Source: Candidatus Calditenuaceae archaeon HR02 | GTDB taxonomy: Archaea > Thermoproteota > Nitrososphaeria_A > Caldarchaeales > Calditenuaceae | Length of the DNA: 64,000 nucleotides | Direction of reading: 5' to 3' | Assembly: GCA_002898395.1 (NCBI GenBank) | Contig: BEHE01000006.1 | Span: 29,122-93,121 of the forward strand | In this document: positions 19,473 through 30,156 of the stretch, piece after piece | Position numbering within the stretch: position 1 is the stretch's first letter | Layout: each line of letters opens with the position of its first letter | The notes under the pieces: generated by a model | Databases searched by the model: none | Told to the model about the DNA's origin: nothing | What the model saw: the letters and a program-made list of their open reading frames with translations, nothing else | Program-made: the position numbers and the translations under genes

Positions 19473-20321
19473 ATGGCTATTTTCTCTGACTTCCTCTCCC
19501 TGACCAAGCCAAAGATTACTCTCCTCAATATAGGCTCGGCGATCTCCTGCTATATTCTAGCGGGTGGCAGCTTCTGGGGCACAGCCCCTCTCTTCCTCAC
19601 CGGATATCTCGCGTCGGGTGGATCGAGCATGCTGAACAACTACCTCGACAGAGATATTGACGGCCTGATGAGGAGGACTGCAAAGAGGCCGCTCCCAAGC
19701 GGCCGAGTCCCGGGTGGACTTGTCCTGACTCTAGGCCTCGTGCTCTCCGTGGCGTCGATAGTTTTGGCGTGGGTGCTGTTTAACCCCCTTACAGCCCTCA
19801 TGATCGCCGCGGGGATACTTGCATACGTTGTTGTCTATACGATCTTGTTGAAGAGGAGGACGGACTGGAACATAGTGATTGGGGGCGCCGCAGGCTCGTT
19901 TCCACCCCTCGCAGGCTGGGCCGCCGCCACTAACACGATAGGTCTCGAGGCGCTCTTGATGGCTCTACTGATCTTTCTCTGGACACCAGGGCACTTCTGG
20001 GCGCTGGCCATCAGGGCTGAGAATGACTACAGATCTGCCCGACTCCCAATGCTGCCGGTCACAAAGGGGTTAGACCAAGCCGTGACGGCGATCGCGGCAT
20101 CAAACATGATGATGCTTGGCAGCTGGGTCCTACTATCCCTAACAATAAATCCGCCGACGGTCTTCCTACTGGTCACAGCCCCTCTAACTGTCCTCATAGC
20201 CTACTATACCGCAGCCCTAATTAAGAATAGAAGTAGAGATGACTCCTGGAGGCTCTTCAAGGCCACGAGCCCTTGGCTCCTCATCATACAGCTGGGCCTA
20301 ATACTGGTCAGAATCGTCTAA
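19473..20321 (+). CDS. cyoE: protoheme IX farnesyltransferase (heme o synthase)
   Basis: LTKP, DRDIDGLMRRTAKRPLPSG, LKRRT..NIVIGG, WTPGHFWALA. Confidence 0.92.
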   Translation: MAIFSDFLSLTKPKITLLNIGSAISCYILAGGSFWGTAPLFLTGYLASGGSSMLNNYLDRDIDGLMRRTAKRPLPSGRVPGGLVLTLGLVLSVASIVLAWVLFNPLTALMIAAGILAYVVVYTILLKRRTDWNIVIGGAAGSFPPLAGWAAATNTIGLEALLMALLIFLWTPGHFWALAIRAENDYRSARLPMLPVTKGLDQAVTAIAASNMMMLGSWVLLSLTINPPTVFLLVTAPLTVLIAYYTAALIKNRSRDDSWRLFKATSPWLLIIQLGLILVRIV

Positions 20322-20325
20322 TGGG

Positions 20326-23094
20326 TTAACTCTGATATTCGCGCCTCTCTGTGGCCTCGCCAGCCACTTTAGCCGGCTCAACATGCCTCTTCTCTCCCTC
20401 AGCACCACGTTGAGCTGCAGGCTTCAGCTTTAGCTCAACAAGAACCTCGTCTTTTCCATACTTTATCTCAAACCCCATCTTCTTACAGAGCCTAATCATC
20501 TTGATATTTTCCGGGAGCACAATCCCGTATATCGAGTCCAACCCCTTCTCGCGCGCTATCTCGATAACCATGTCTGTCAACTTGGTCCCAAGCCCCTTTC
20601 CCTGGAAGTCGTCCGCGACGAGGACAGCAAACTCTCCTCTCTTCGCGTCGCGGTCAATTATGAGCCTTCCAACCCCCACATTTCTCTTCTTACCACCCTC
20701 ATTATACTCTGCTATGATCGCTATCTCCCTGTCATAGTCTATGTTACAGAACCTTACCAGCATCTCATGAGTGATCTCTCTTATTACTTGAAAGAACCTG
20801 AACCTGCTCGACTCCTCTGATAGACCCTTAATCAGCTCATACTCTAGGGGCTCGTCCTCAGGCCTGATGGGGCGGAGCAGAACCTCCCTCCCATCCCTAA
20901 GCCTCCAAGGCCTGACATATTTCGTGGGGTATGGTGTTATGACTAGGTGGCTATACTGTTCACCAGAATCCACGTATTTATCGTCGAGAATGATTCTAAA
21001 GTCCACGGCATAGATCTGGTCTCCAGAGACTATCAACGGGTTGATCTCAGCCTCCTTAATCTCTGGGAAATCCACAATCATGTTAGAGAACCGGACGATC
21101 ACCTCCTCAAGCTTCTTCAAATCTGCAGGCGGCCTATTCCTTATGCCGCGTACGAGGATCTCGTAGATCTTCGTCTCCTCCATTAACCGCCTCGCAAGTA
21201 CCTGGTTGAGTGGGGGGAGGCCTATCGAATAATCCCTCAGAAACTCGGTGGCAGTACCTCCGGCACCGAATAATATGATGGCTCCAAAGTCGAGGTCTCT
21301 AGCAGATCCTAGGATGAGTTCGTAGTGTGCCGGGTGAACCATTTTCTGGACATAGATTCCCTTGACACGCGCATCAGGCATCTTCGACCTAACTGAGTCG
21401 ATAAGCCTCAGGTATGCTTCCCTGAGCTCGGTCTCAGATGTCACGTTTAGGACGACTCCCTCAATATCGGTCTTATGGGAGATATCTGGCGAGACGATTT
21501 TCAATGCAACGGGATAGCCGAGCCTCGCCGCTATGGCCAGCGCCTCGTTCAAAGAGGATGCCAGCTCACCCTTAGCCCTCGGAATCCCGTAGGCGTCAAG
21601 AAACTTGTCACTCTCATCGATTGTCAATACCGTATTTCCCTCCATGAGCGCCCTCCTGATCAGAATCTTCAGAAAGTTTTTAGGCGGCGAGGGGTCGATT
21701 AGTAGGTCCTCAGGAGTCTCATAAAGTAGCTCTAGGCTGCGCTTATACTTGTACATGTATGTGTAGGTTTTAACAGCTTCCTCAGGTGTGCTGTAGGTCG
21801 GTATATCATTATGATAGAATAGCTCCCTCGCACTATACACCTCCTCCCCACCCATCCACACCGTCAGAACAGGCTTCACCCTCCCACCTTCGTCAACTAT
21901 TTCCACGACTTTCTTCGCGAGTTCGAGAGGCTTTGCAGCGCCCTGCGGAGTATAGATCACTATGATGCCGTTGACGTTGGGGTCGGAGAGACATGCCCTC
22001 AGAGCCACAGAATACCTGTTGATATCCGCGTCACCTAACACGTCTATGGGGTTACCGCGACTCCAGTAAGGTGGTAGGATCCTGTCGAGAAGCTCAATCG
22101 TTGACTCTGAGAGCTGTGCAAGAGATCCCCCATATTCAATAGCGGCGTCTGCAGCTATCGCTCCTGGGCCCCCAGCGTTCGTTATTATCGCAAGCCTTGG
22201 ACCTGCTGGCAAACGCCTAGAATCTAGGACACTGGCGCAGTTGAAAAGATCTTTTATCTCGTCAACTCTCACAGCCCCAACTCTACGGAAAGCAGCTCTG
22301 TACACGTCGAAGCTCCCAGCCATGACGCCCGTATGGGAGCGTACCGCCTTAGCGCCCGCGGGATATTTCCCAGATTTCATGATGATGATGGGCTTGTTTC
22401 TAGCGAATCCGCGCGCGGCACTCATGAATTTTTTAGCATCGCCTACACTCTCCATGTATATCAGTATGCTCCGCGTGTATGGGTCTTCACCGAGGAAGTC
22501 TATCAGGTCGCCGAAGTCGATGTCTATCATCGAGCCCAGCGAGACAAACATGCTGAAGCCGACGTGAGCGCTTATAGCCCAGTCCAGAATCGCCGAGCCC
22601 AAGGCGCCGCTCTGTGAGATGAAGGCTATCTGCCCAGGCTCCGGGTCTTTGAGGAGGAAGGTCGAGTTTAATCCGATTGGAGGCCTGATAAATCCGAGAC
22701 AGTTTGGCCCTAGGATTCTAAGACCATATCGATGCCCCAGCCTCTTAATCTCCTCCTCAAGCTTTCTACCCTCCTCGCCAGTCTCCTTAAAGCCGGCGGA
22801 GACTATGACTACACCCTCAACACCCGCCTCCCCACACTCCTCCACAATACCTGGAACAGTCTTGGCGGGCGTCGCAATAACTGCCAAGTCCACATGCTCT
22901 GGAACAGCGTCTATTGAGTGATAGCACTTGATGCCTAGAACGCTCTCCCTATTCGGATTAACTGCATAAACGCGCCTGTCAAAGCTGGATTTGAGAAGAT
23001 TCTGCAGAAGGGCAAGGCCGACGCTACCCTCCCTATCCGTCGCGCCGATCAATGCAACAACGCTGGGGTTAAACATCCTCTCTAAACTACCCAT
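20326..23094 (-). CDS. ADP-forming acyl-CoA ligase-like / Pat-type protein with C-terminal GNAT domain
   Basis: CoA-binding N-terminus, GPNCLG, SQSGALG, SHTG, ATP-grasp (GYPVALKI..HKTD), GNAT FQGKGLG. Confidence 0.88.
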   Translation of the reverse strand: MGSLERMFNPSVVALIGATDREGSVGLALLQNLLKSSFDRRVYAVNPNRESVLGIKCYHSIDAVPEHVDLAVIATPAKTVPGIVEECGEAGVEGVVIVSAGFKETGEEGRKLEEEIKRLGHRYGLRILGPNCLGFIRPPIGLNSTFLLKDPEPGQIAFISQSGALGSAILDWAISAHVGFSMFVSLGSMIDIDFGDLIDFLGEDPYTRSILIYMESVGDAKKFMSAARGFARNKPIIIMKSGKYPAGAKAVRSHTGVMAGSFDVYRAAFRRVGAVRVDEIKDLFNCASVLDSRRLPAGPRLAIITNAGGPGAIAADAAIEYGGSLAQLSESTIELLDRILPPYWSRGNPIDVLGDADINRYSVALRACLSDPNVNGIIVIYTPQGAAKPLELAKKVVEIVDEGGRVKPVLTVWMGGEEVYSARELFYHNDIPTYSTPEEAVKTYTYMYKYKRSLELLYETPEDLLIDPSPPKNFLKILIRRALMEGNTVLTIDESDKFLDAYGIPRAKGELASSLNEALAIAARLGYPVALKIVSPDISHKTDIEGVVLNVTSETELREAYLRLIDSVRSKMPDARVKGIYVQKMVHPAHYELILGSARDLDFGAIILFGAGGTATEFLRDYSIGLPPLNQVLARRLMEETKIYEILVRGIRNRPPADLKKLEEVIVRFSNMIVDFPEIKEAEINPLIVSGDQIYAVDFRIILDDKYVDSGEQYSHLVITPYPTKYVRPWRLRDGREVLLRPIRPEDEPLEYELIKGLSEESSRFRFFQVIREITHEMLVRFCNIDYDREIAIIAEYNEGGKKRNVGVGRLIIDRDAKRGEFAVLVADDFQGKGLGTKLTDMVIEIAREKGLDSIYGIVLPENIKMIRLCKKMGFEIKYGKDEVLVELKLKPAAQRGAEGEKRHVEPAKVAGEATERREYQS

Positions 23095-23453
23095 CCCCCT
23101 CCCACCCCCGACAAGAAAATATCAGCACACGTTTAATATACCTACGCGTATAGATAATATGATTCGCTGTAGCAACATTATGGAGACTTATGCAACTAAA
23201 TAGGCACCAGCTGCACCACAAGTCCCCACGCTGCGGGATTGGTTTAAGTTGAAGGTTGTTGATTCGAGACCCACAGAGTTACTCAGTCCTACCCTCTGCC
23301 TCCTATCTTCTTGATGTGTTTCTTTGTTTTGTGTTGCATCTGGTCTGTTCTGTGTTTATGTATTGTTGGTGTTTTGAATAGTATTTAAGGCCCCAACCAT
23401 ATGCACCGCTACCAGCTGCGTGGTGGTATCTAGGCGGCCCAAGCGGTGCATAA

Positions 23454-23588
23454 GTGTCCGGGAAAGGGGGTGGATGGGGTTTGAAGAGGGTCTGCCTCCC
23501 ATATCCTGTTAAGTTGAGGATATATCAAAGGGTGCTAGAGCTAAGAGGAGAGGGTCTAAGCTATGGAATGATTCAGAAGAAGATTTAA
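23454..23588 (+). pseudogene. N-terminal remnant of a LAGLIDADG endonuclease family gene
   Basis: Translates MSGKGGGWGLKRVCLPYPVKLRIYQRVLELRGEGLSYGMIQKKI*, matching the N-terminus at 63728 (LRIRIYEDVLEFRGKGLSYREIINEI). Confidence 0.75.
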
Positions 23589-23626
23589 CCCCTTTATTCC
23601 CTCATGCTTATCATAATAACTTTCAA

Positions 23627-23720
23627 TGCTCCGGCCGGGATTTGAACCCGGGTCTCCGGCTCTCTCCGCTTTTTTAGGCCCGAAAGGCCGGCATACTTGT
23701 CCGGGCTATACTACCGGAGC
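23627..23720 (-). tRNA. tRNA-Glu(TTC) with 19-nt canonical 37/38 BHB intron
   Basis: GCTCCGG/CCGGAGC acceptor stem, CCGGC-CT-TTC-G[intron]A-GCCGG anticodon arm, GGTTCAAATCC T-arm. Confidence 0.93.
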
Positions 23721-23802
23721 TCTACTGGCGTTAGAAGAGTGGGTGGTGTTTAATAGAGTTATATCTGTGGAGAAAAATGATATGGTTTGGAGGATTTGAG
23801 GC

Positions 23803-25428
23803 TTAGTCGAATTCAGGCGTCTCTGACTCTTTCTTTCCTTTCTCTTCCTTCTTCTTGGAGGCTGCGACTACGTCGTCTATTCTTAGGATCATTGCGGCTG
23901 CCTCGAAGCTGGACTTTAACGCCTGGGCCTTGACCTTGTAAGGCTCAATCACTCCGAGGCTTATCATGTCGTCGACCTTCCCGCTGAACACGTTGATTCC
24001 ATACCTGTAGCCCGCGTCTACATGCTTGCTTCTCAGCGAGGACATTATGTCCACGGGGTCCAGGCCAGCGTTCTCGGCCAGCGTCTTGGGTATCGTCTCC
24101 AAGGCATCCGCGAAGGCCATCATGGCAAGCTGCTCCTTTCCAGAATACTTAGAGGCGTTCTCCCGGATGTACTGCGCGAGCTCCGTCTCGACAGCTCCCC
24201 CTCCAGGGACAAACCTGCTGTCGTCCACGATCGTTATCATGTTCATTAGGGCGTCGTTTAGTGACCGCTCGGCCTCGTCCAGCTGGCGTTCAAGCCCAGC
24301 CCTCAGGAGTATCGAGACCGCTTTCGGGTTCTTGCACCCCTCCACGAAGACCATCCTGTCCTCGCCTATCTTCCTCTCCTCAACGAGAGCCGCCTCCCCT
24401 AAGTCCTTCGGCGAGAGGTCCTCGAAGTTCGTCACGATCCTCCCGCCAGTAGCCTTCTCGAGCTTCTCCATGTCGCTCCTCTTAACCCGCCTTACAGCTA
24501 GAATCCCAGCCTTGGCTAGGAAGAACTGGGCAGCGTCATCGATACCCTTCTGGCAGAAGACGACGTTAGCGCCAACCTGGGCGACCTTGTCAACCATCTC
24601 TTTCAGAATCCTGGCCTCCTCGTCGAGGAACTCCTTGATCTTGAGTGGATCCCTGATCCTGATCTCTGCGGAGAACTCTGTCTTCTCTATCTCGAAGGGC
24701 GCGTCGATTATCGCTATCTTGGCGTTGGTAACGCGCTTGGGCATGCCTGGGTGGACCACTTCTTTGTCGATGACTACGCCCTTTATGAGCTGGGACTCGA
24801 TAATGCTCTTACCCATCTTCTTCACGATCTGTATGTCGTCCTTGTCTGCCCTGCGCTTGCCATCATACTCCTTGACGACGCTCAGGACAGCATCTATAGC
24901 TAGATTAGCTATGTGGTCTGTGCCGAAGCCCAGCGACTTGCTCCCAAGACTTGTTCGGACTATCTTGCCAAGGGTCTCCTTGTCTGTCAGCTTGACTTCT
25001 GTAGCTATCTCGCCAAGCCTCTTAAGGGCTAGGTCGAGTGCCTTCTTGTAGCCGGTGATGATTGTGCTGGGGTGGATCTTCTGCTCTATAAGCTCCTCGG
25101 CCTTCGCGAGCAGCTCTCCTGCTATTAGGACGGCGCTCGTGGTCCCGTCGCCTACAGACTTGTCCTGGGTCTTCGCAACCTCGATAATCATCTTCGCGGC
25201 CGGATGCTCCACGTCCATCTTCTCTAGGATTGTTGCGCCGTCGTTTGTGACTATGACGTCGCCGATTGTATCGACTAGTATCTTGTCCATTCCCTTAGGG
25301 CCTAGTGTAGTCTTCACCATCTCAGCGATTATTCTGGCTGCTGTTATGTTGTTTCTCTGGGCTGATCTACCCCTCGTCCTCGATGTACCCTCCTTAAGGA
25401 TTAGAACTGGCTGACCGGCAAGAGCCAT
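23803..25428 (-). CDS. ths: thermosome (group II chaperonin) subunit
   Basis: [31 protein letters not shown]. Confidence 0.97.
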   Translation of the reverse strand: MALAGQPVLILKEGTSRTRGRSAQRNNITAARIIAEMVKTTLGPKGMDKILVDTIGDVIVTNDGATILEKMDVEHPAAKMIIEVAKTQDKSVGDGTTSAVLIAGELLAKAEELIEQKIHPSTIITGYKKALDLALKRLGEIATEVKLTDKETLGKIVRTSLGSKSLGFGTDHIANLAIDAVLSVVKEYDGKRRADKDDIQIVKKMGKSIIESQLIKGVVIDKEVVHPGMPKRVTNAKIAIIDAPFEIEKTEFSAEIRIRDPLKIKEFLDEEARILKEMVDKVAQVGANVVFCQKGIDDAAQFFLAKAGILAVRRVKRSDMEKLEKATGGRIVTNFEDLSPKDLGEAALVEERKIGEDRMVFVEGCKNPKAVSILLRAGLERQLDEAERSLNDALMNMITIVDDSRFVPGGGAVETELAQYIRENASKYSGKEQLAMMAFADALETIPKTLAENAGLDPVDIMSSLRSKHVDAGYRYGINVFSGKVDDMISLGVIEPYKVKAQALKSSFEAAAMILRIDDVVAASKKKEEKGKKESETPEFD

Positions 25429-25562
25429 AGCTAATACACCATGCCCTAATGTTTAGACCCAAAATTTAAATCTAAACCTCTTTCGAGGATTTAATAACCA
25501 TAGGTCGCAGAAAGTAAAGAGTAAAGACTTAACACTTGCTATTTTCCAGCAATTCTTTGGAT

Positions 25563-26411
25563 ATGGTGCTGCTGGGTGCTCATGTCTCTATTTCTGGCTC
25601 TATAGCGCTCTCGGTGGATAGGGCAAGGGAGCTGGGCTGCACAACCTTCCAGATATTCACTAGGAATCCGCGCGGATGGATTTCTAAGAAGTTGAAGGAT
25701 GAGGAGGTTGAGGAGTTTGTGCGGAGGAGGAGGGAGGCTGGGTACGAGGTGGTGGTTGCGCACATGCCATATCTACCCAACGTAGCTAGCCCGGAGGCCC
25801 TGAGCTGGAGGCGCTCTGTGAAGAGCCTAGCCGAGGAGCTTCAGAGGTGTGAAATGCTGGGGCTAGACTACCTCGTATGCCATATTGGGAGCCATATGGG
25901 TAAGGGCATTGAGAGAGGGATTGCGCAGGTCGCCAGGGCCGTCAACGAGACGATATCCAGAGTAGAGGCGAAGTGCATGATTCTCCTGGAGAATATGGCG
26001 GGTCAGAAGAATAGTGTTGGGTCCTATTTCCCACAGATAAGAGCTATTCTTGACAAGGTCGACGACCAGAAACGGGTGGGTGTATGTCTCGACACCTGCC
26101 ACCTCTACGCCGCAGGCTATGACATATCGGTGAAGGAGGGGCTTGAGAAGACGCTTTCAGAGTTTGATGAGAGTGTGGGGCTCAAGGCTCTTAAGGTTTT
26201 ACACCTCAACGATTCGCGGGGGAAGCTTGGAAGCCATCTGGACAGGCACGAGCACATTGGCCGGGGGTATATCGGCGAGGAGGGGTTTCGCGTCATCGTC
26301 AACCACAAGAGTCTGAGGGGCTTGCCCATGATCCTAGAGACTCCTCAGGACGAGTATGGCGGCTATGAGGTGGACTTGGAGGTGGTTAGGAGGCTGCTAC
26401 ACGATGCCTAG
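25563..26411 (+). CDS. nfo: endonuclease IV
   Basis: GAHVSI, QIFTRNPR, HMPY, LENMAG, DTCH, HLNDS, DRHEHIG, LETP. Confidence 0.95.
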   Translation: MVLLGAHVSISGSIALSVDRARELGCTTFQIFTRNPRGWISKKLKDEEVEEFVRRRREAGYEVVVAHMPYLPNVASPEALSWRRSVKSLAEELQRCEMLGLDYLVCHIGSHMGKGIERGIAQVARAVNETISRVEAKCMILLENMAGQKNSVGSYFPQIRAILDKVDDQKRVGVCLDTCHLYAAGYDISVKEGLEKTLSEFDESVGLKALKVLHLNDSRGKLGSHLDRHEHIGRGYIGEEGFRVIVNHKSLRGLPMILETPQDEYGGYEVDLEVVRRLLHDA

Positions 26412-26943
26412 CGGGCTGCTCCGGATAGTATACGCGGTTATTAGGATAGGGACCTCTAAGCTCGCCCTGAAGTTTGTCCTGGTGGGTTTTGCATGTCTCG
26501 CACTGGCTGAGGCTATTCTCTACCTGCTCGTGGATGTTTGGGGGGTTAACTCGCTCGTTGCTGGTGCGGCCTCTATAGAGATCTCCGTGGTCGCCAACTT
26601 CATAATTAATGACTTGTGGACCTTTAGGGAGAATAGGTCCTCGGACGGGTTCTTAGTGAGGATGCTTAAATTCCATGTGACGCGTGTTGCAAGCATTGCG
26701 GTGAACTTTGGTACTTACAGCATGTTGGTGGTTTTGCTGAGTATCAACCACTTGGTCGCCTACTTTGTAGCGACTTTCGTGGCATTCTCCATCAACTTTC
26801 TGACAAGCGTTGTCTGGGTCTGGCGCGGCACGCTAGATAGCTATGCGGGGACGGCTCAGGGGAAGGCCGCCTTCTCAACCTGCAGCAAGTCAGACTCGCT
26901 GAACCCGAGGGCCTTGAGACCGCGGAGCATGAGGGAAAGGTAG
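26404..26943 (+). CDS. GtrA-family membrane protein
   Basis: KFVLVG, NFIINDLWTF, four TM segments. Confidence 0.85.
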   Translation: MPSGLLRIVYAVIRIGTSKLALKFVLVGFACLALAEAILYLLVDVWGVNSLVAGAASIEISVVANFIINDLWTFRENRSSDGFLVRMLKFHVTRVASIAVNFGTYSMLVVLLSINHLVAYFVATFVAFSINFLTSVVWVWRGTLDSYAGTAQGKAAFSTCSKSDSLNPRALRPRSMRER

Positions 26944-27299
26944 GCCCGGGAGGGGGCCACATGTCTTCTTGGATTTGCTGAGATGTAGGTATATGCCTCC
27001 TCAGCCCCCGTGTCTGTCTTGGCGACGATCTTTATGCGGCTCCTGATGTTGGGGGCTCCCTGATACCTGTCGAGAATCGGGAAGTCTTCACTCTCTATCG
27101 TGTAGAGGGCGCCCAGGACTTGGCTGTTGCTGGACTCCTCTATCCCCGCAATCCCGCCCCTCCAGGACGCCGAGTAAGTGTCGAATGTGAGCCTATATCC
27201 CTCCAGCCTCGCCTTCCTGGGCCCCTGCCACCTGGCCAGTATCCTCCTCATCACCTCGGGGTTTAGTGTGACGTCGTAGGCGAAGTAGTTGACCATCAT
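26856..27299 (-). CDS. gamma-glutamylcyclotransferase-like protein
   Basis: YFAY.., GYRLTF, V.GALY, LDRYQG, PSRAYL; catalytic Glu position appears as Gln. Confidence 0.75.
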   Translation of the reverse strand: MMVNYFAYDVTLNPEVMRRILARWQGPRKARLEGYRLTFDTYSASWRGGIAGIEESSNSQVLGALYTIESEDFPILDRYQGAPNIRSRIKIVAKTDTGAEEAYTYISANPRRHVAPSRAYLSLMLRGLKALGFSESDLLQVEKAAFP

Positions 27300-27356
27300 G
27301 TATATTCCCTGGTCTTAGAGTAGTGCAGGGTTTTATTTGAGGAGTTTCCACACAGG

Positions 27357-28298
27357 ATGTTTGGCGTGGCTGTAAGGGTTTTCGCGCCTGCGAGGCTCCA
27401 CATGGGGTTCGCCTCGACGGGGTGGCTTATGGCTTCGTGGTCGGGGATAGGCCTAGCCTTGATGGAGCCGGCGACAGTTGTTGAGGCAGTGCTGGAGGAG
27501 GGTTTAGGTGTCAGAGTGTATGGGCCGAGGAGTGTTGAGGCTGAGGAGGTGGCCAAGCTAGTTGCCGAAAGGACTGGGCTGCGGAGAGGCGTACGTTTGA
27601 GGGTGTTTAAGGCACCTCCCAGCCATGTAGGGCTGGGCTCTGGGACGCAGCTCTACCTCTCAATACTCGAGGCTGTCTCGAGGCTGGCTGGTGTTGAGCC
27701 GCCTCTAGAGATTCTCGTGGAGGCTGGGTTGGTCGGCTCCTTCTCGTGGGTTGGCGTGGCGGCCTTCAGGACTGGAGGATTCATCCTCGACCTTGGCGCG
27801 GCCCCCTCGAAGGCGAGGCGATACATCTCACTCAGGTTTCCAGAGGACTGGTTTGTGGTCCATGCGAGGCCGCCCGGCAGGCAGGGTCACCCGAGGAGTG
27901 GCGAGGCGGAGAAGCTCAGGGCTCTGTCATATAGCAGGGAGGCTGAGCAACGGCTCGTCGAGCTCCTCATGAAAAAAATACTCCCCGGAGTCTTGGACCA
28001 TGACTTGGAACTCTTCGGGCGAGGCCTCTCCGAGTATCAGAGGCTTATAGGAGCCGCCTTCAGCACATACCAGCAGGGAATCTTCAACCCTTACTCTGTA
28101 CCCATTGTCTCAGCCATGGAGGAGGCGGGGCTTCTCGGGGTTGGCCAGTCCAGCTGGGGACCAACGGTCTACGGGTTCACGGAGTCGCGCAGAGGGGCTG
28201 AGGAGGTGGCACAGCTCCTCACCCAGGAGAAGGGGTGGACCGTAACAGTCACCGTGGCCAACAATACCGGAGCTAGGATCGTAGAGAGTTCCGCCTAG
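27357..28298 (+). CDS. beta-ribofuranosylaminobenzene 5'-phosphate synthase (GHMP superfamily)
   Basis: PARLHMG, HVGLGSGTQL, GGFILD.G, GQSSWGPTVYG. Confidence 0.85.
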   Translation: MFGVAVRVFAPARLHMGFASTGWLMASWSGIGLALMEPATVVEAVLEEGLGVRVYGPRSVEAEEVAKLVAERTGLRRGVRLRVFKAPPSHVGLGSGTQLYLSILEAVSRLAGVEPPLEILVEAGLVGSFSWVGVAAFRTGGFILDLGAAPSKARRYISLRFPEDWFVVHARPPGRQGHPRSGEAEKLRALSYSREAEQRLVELLMKKILPGVLDHDLELFGRGLSEYQRLIGAAFSTYQQGIFNPYSVPIVSAMEEAGLLGVGQSSWGPTVYGFTESRRGAEEVAQLLTQEKGWTVTVTVANNTGARIVESSA

Positions 28299-28380
28299 AG
28301 ACGGGGATAATCCCACGCTAGCCGCCACGGGCAATAGGCTTTAAACCACACCTGCGCTTTTAGAGGCGGGGAGGAGGGGT

Positions 28381-30156
28381 TTGGACTTCTCGCGCCTGGT
28401 CAGCTTCTACGAGAGGCTCGAGTCCACGACTAAGCGGCTCGAGATGCGGGACATTCTCGTGGAGCTTTTCAGGGAGTGTGAGCCGGACGAGGCTGGGAAG
28501 ATAGCCTATCTCACGCTCGGCGAGCTCTACCCTGCCCACGTGGGGATCGAGCTCGGAATGGCTGAGAAGCTGGCCATAAGGGCGCTGAGGCTCGTGACTG
28601 GCGTGGATGAGCAGAGGATTGAGGAGATGCTTAGGAAGACTGGAGACCTTGGGCTGGTAGCGGAGCAGCTGCTATCTTCGAAGAGGGCGCAGACCACGCT
28701 TAGCCTTGAAGAATTGACGGTGGAGAGGGTCTACAGCCAGCTCGAGAAGATAGCCCGGTTCTCGGGGGAGGGCGCGATGGAGATGAAGGTCAAGGCTCTC
28801 TCTGGGCTCCTGGCACAGGCCTCGCCGAAGGAGGCCAAATACCTCATCAGGCTGGTGACGGGGAAGATGAGGCTAGGCGTCGCCGACATGACGATCATAG
28901 ACGCACTCGCATCGATGAGCGGTGGAGGGAAGGAGGAGATCGAGCGCGCCTACAACCTCTGCTCGGATATAGGGCTGGTGGCCTCTAAGGTAAAGGCTGA
29001 AGGCGTTAAGGGCGCAAGCAGCATCGGCATGAGGCTCGGCGTCCCCGTGCGGCCCATGCTGGCTGAGAGGCTCACATCCGCTGAAGAGATTTTAGAGAAG
29101 CTCGGCAACAATGGCTATGCAGAATACAAATACGACGGGGAGAGGATGCAGATACACAAGTTCGACTCGGAGATAGTCATCTTCTCCAGGAGGCAGGAGA
29201 ACATTACCTCGCAGTTTCCGGACGTGGTGGAGATGTGTAAACGCGGAATCAAGGCGCGCACAGCGATCGTGGAGTGCGAGGCGGTTGCCTACGACCCAGA
29301 CACGGGAGACATGCTACCATTCCAAGAGCTGATGCATAGGAGGAGGAAGTATGACATCGAGAAGGCGGCCCAACTCTACCCAGTCAGCCTCTTCTTCTTC
29401 GACGCCCTCTACATCGACGGCGAGCCACTCATCGACCTGCCACTCCTAGAGCGGAGGGAGAGGCTAGCCAGAATACTGGAGACCTCAGACAACTTCATGC
29501 TCACAGAGGGCATCATGGTCTCAGACCCTGAGACGCTTGACAAGTTCATGCTGAGGGCTGTGGAGGCTGGGTGCGAGGGCGTCATGGTCAAGGACGTCTC
29601 CCCCAAATCGATCTACAGGGCCGGAGCGAGGGGCTGGCTCTGGATAAAATACAAGCGTAGCTATGTCTCGAAGCTCACAGACACGCTGGACCTGGTCGTG
29701 GTCGGAGCCTTCTACGGTAAGGGGAAGAGGAGCGGACGGATAGGAACGCTTCTGATGGCGGCCTACGATGACGAGGCTGACGTCTTCAAGACCGTCTGCA
29801 AGGTCGGGACAGGGTTCAAGGACGAAGACCTGGAACACCTTACAAAGACCCTTACTCCTATGGCCCTGAGCCAGAAGCCGGCTCGAGTAGAGTCTATAAT
29901 GGAGCCTGACATATGGGTGAGGCCCGAGATGGTGCTTGAGATTGTGGGGGACGAGATAACCCTCAGCCCAATCCACACATGCGGCTGGGGTGTACTGGCG
30001 AAGGATGCGGGCCTCGCAGTAAGGTTCCCCAGGTTCACCGGGAGGTATAGGGAGGACAAGTCTCCGGAGGACGCGACGACCGTGAAGGAGATAATAGAGA
30101 TGTATAAGTCCCAGCTAAAGACTATAGTTAGTGGAGAGGAGAGTGAGCCCACCTGA
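28381..30156 (+). CDS. lig: ATP-dependent DNA ligase
   Basis: EYKYDGERMQIH, EGVMVK, WIKYK, RFPRF motifs. Confidence 0.97.
   Translation: MDFSRLVSFYERLESTTKRLEMRDILVELFRECEPDEAGKIAYLTLGELYPAHVGIELGMAEKLAIRALRLVTGVDEQRIEEMLRKTGDLGLVAEQLLSSKRAQTTLSLEELTVERVYSQLEKIARFSGEGAMEMKVKALSGLLAQASPKEAKYLIRLVTGKMRLGVADMTIIDALASMSGGGKEEIERAYNLCSDIGLVASKVKAEGVKGASSIGMRLGVPVRPMLAERLTSAEEILEKLGNNGYAEYKYDGERMQIHKFDSEIVIFSRRQENITSQFPDVVEMCKRGIKARTAIVECEAVAYDPDTGDMLPFQELMHRRRKYDIEKAAQLYPVSLFFFDALYIDGEPLIDLPLLERRERLARILETSDNFMLTEGIMVSDPETLDKFMLRAVEAGCEGVMVKDVSPKSIYRAGARGWLWIKYKRSYVSKLTDTLDLVVVGAFYGKGKRSGRIGTLLMAAYDDEADVFKTVCKVGTGFKDEDLEHLTKTLTPMALSQKPARVESIMEPDIWVRPEMVLEIVGDEITLSPIHTCGWGVLAKDAGLAVRFPRFTGRYREDKSPEDATTVKEIIEMYKSQLKTIVSGEESEPT

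Noticed and set aside
23400-23452. Split-tRNA half
   Set aside because: Only vague D-arm resemblance, no anticodon arm or complementary partner found
24026-25051. 341-aa ORF opposite the thermosome and similar long antisense or alternate-frame ORFs
   Set aside because: Shadows of well-supported genes with no motifs
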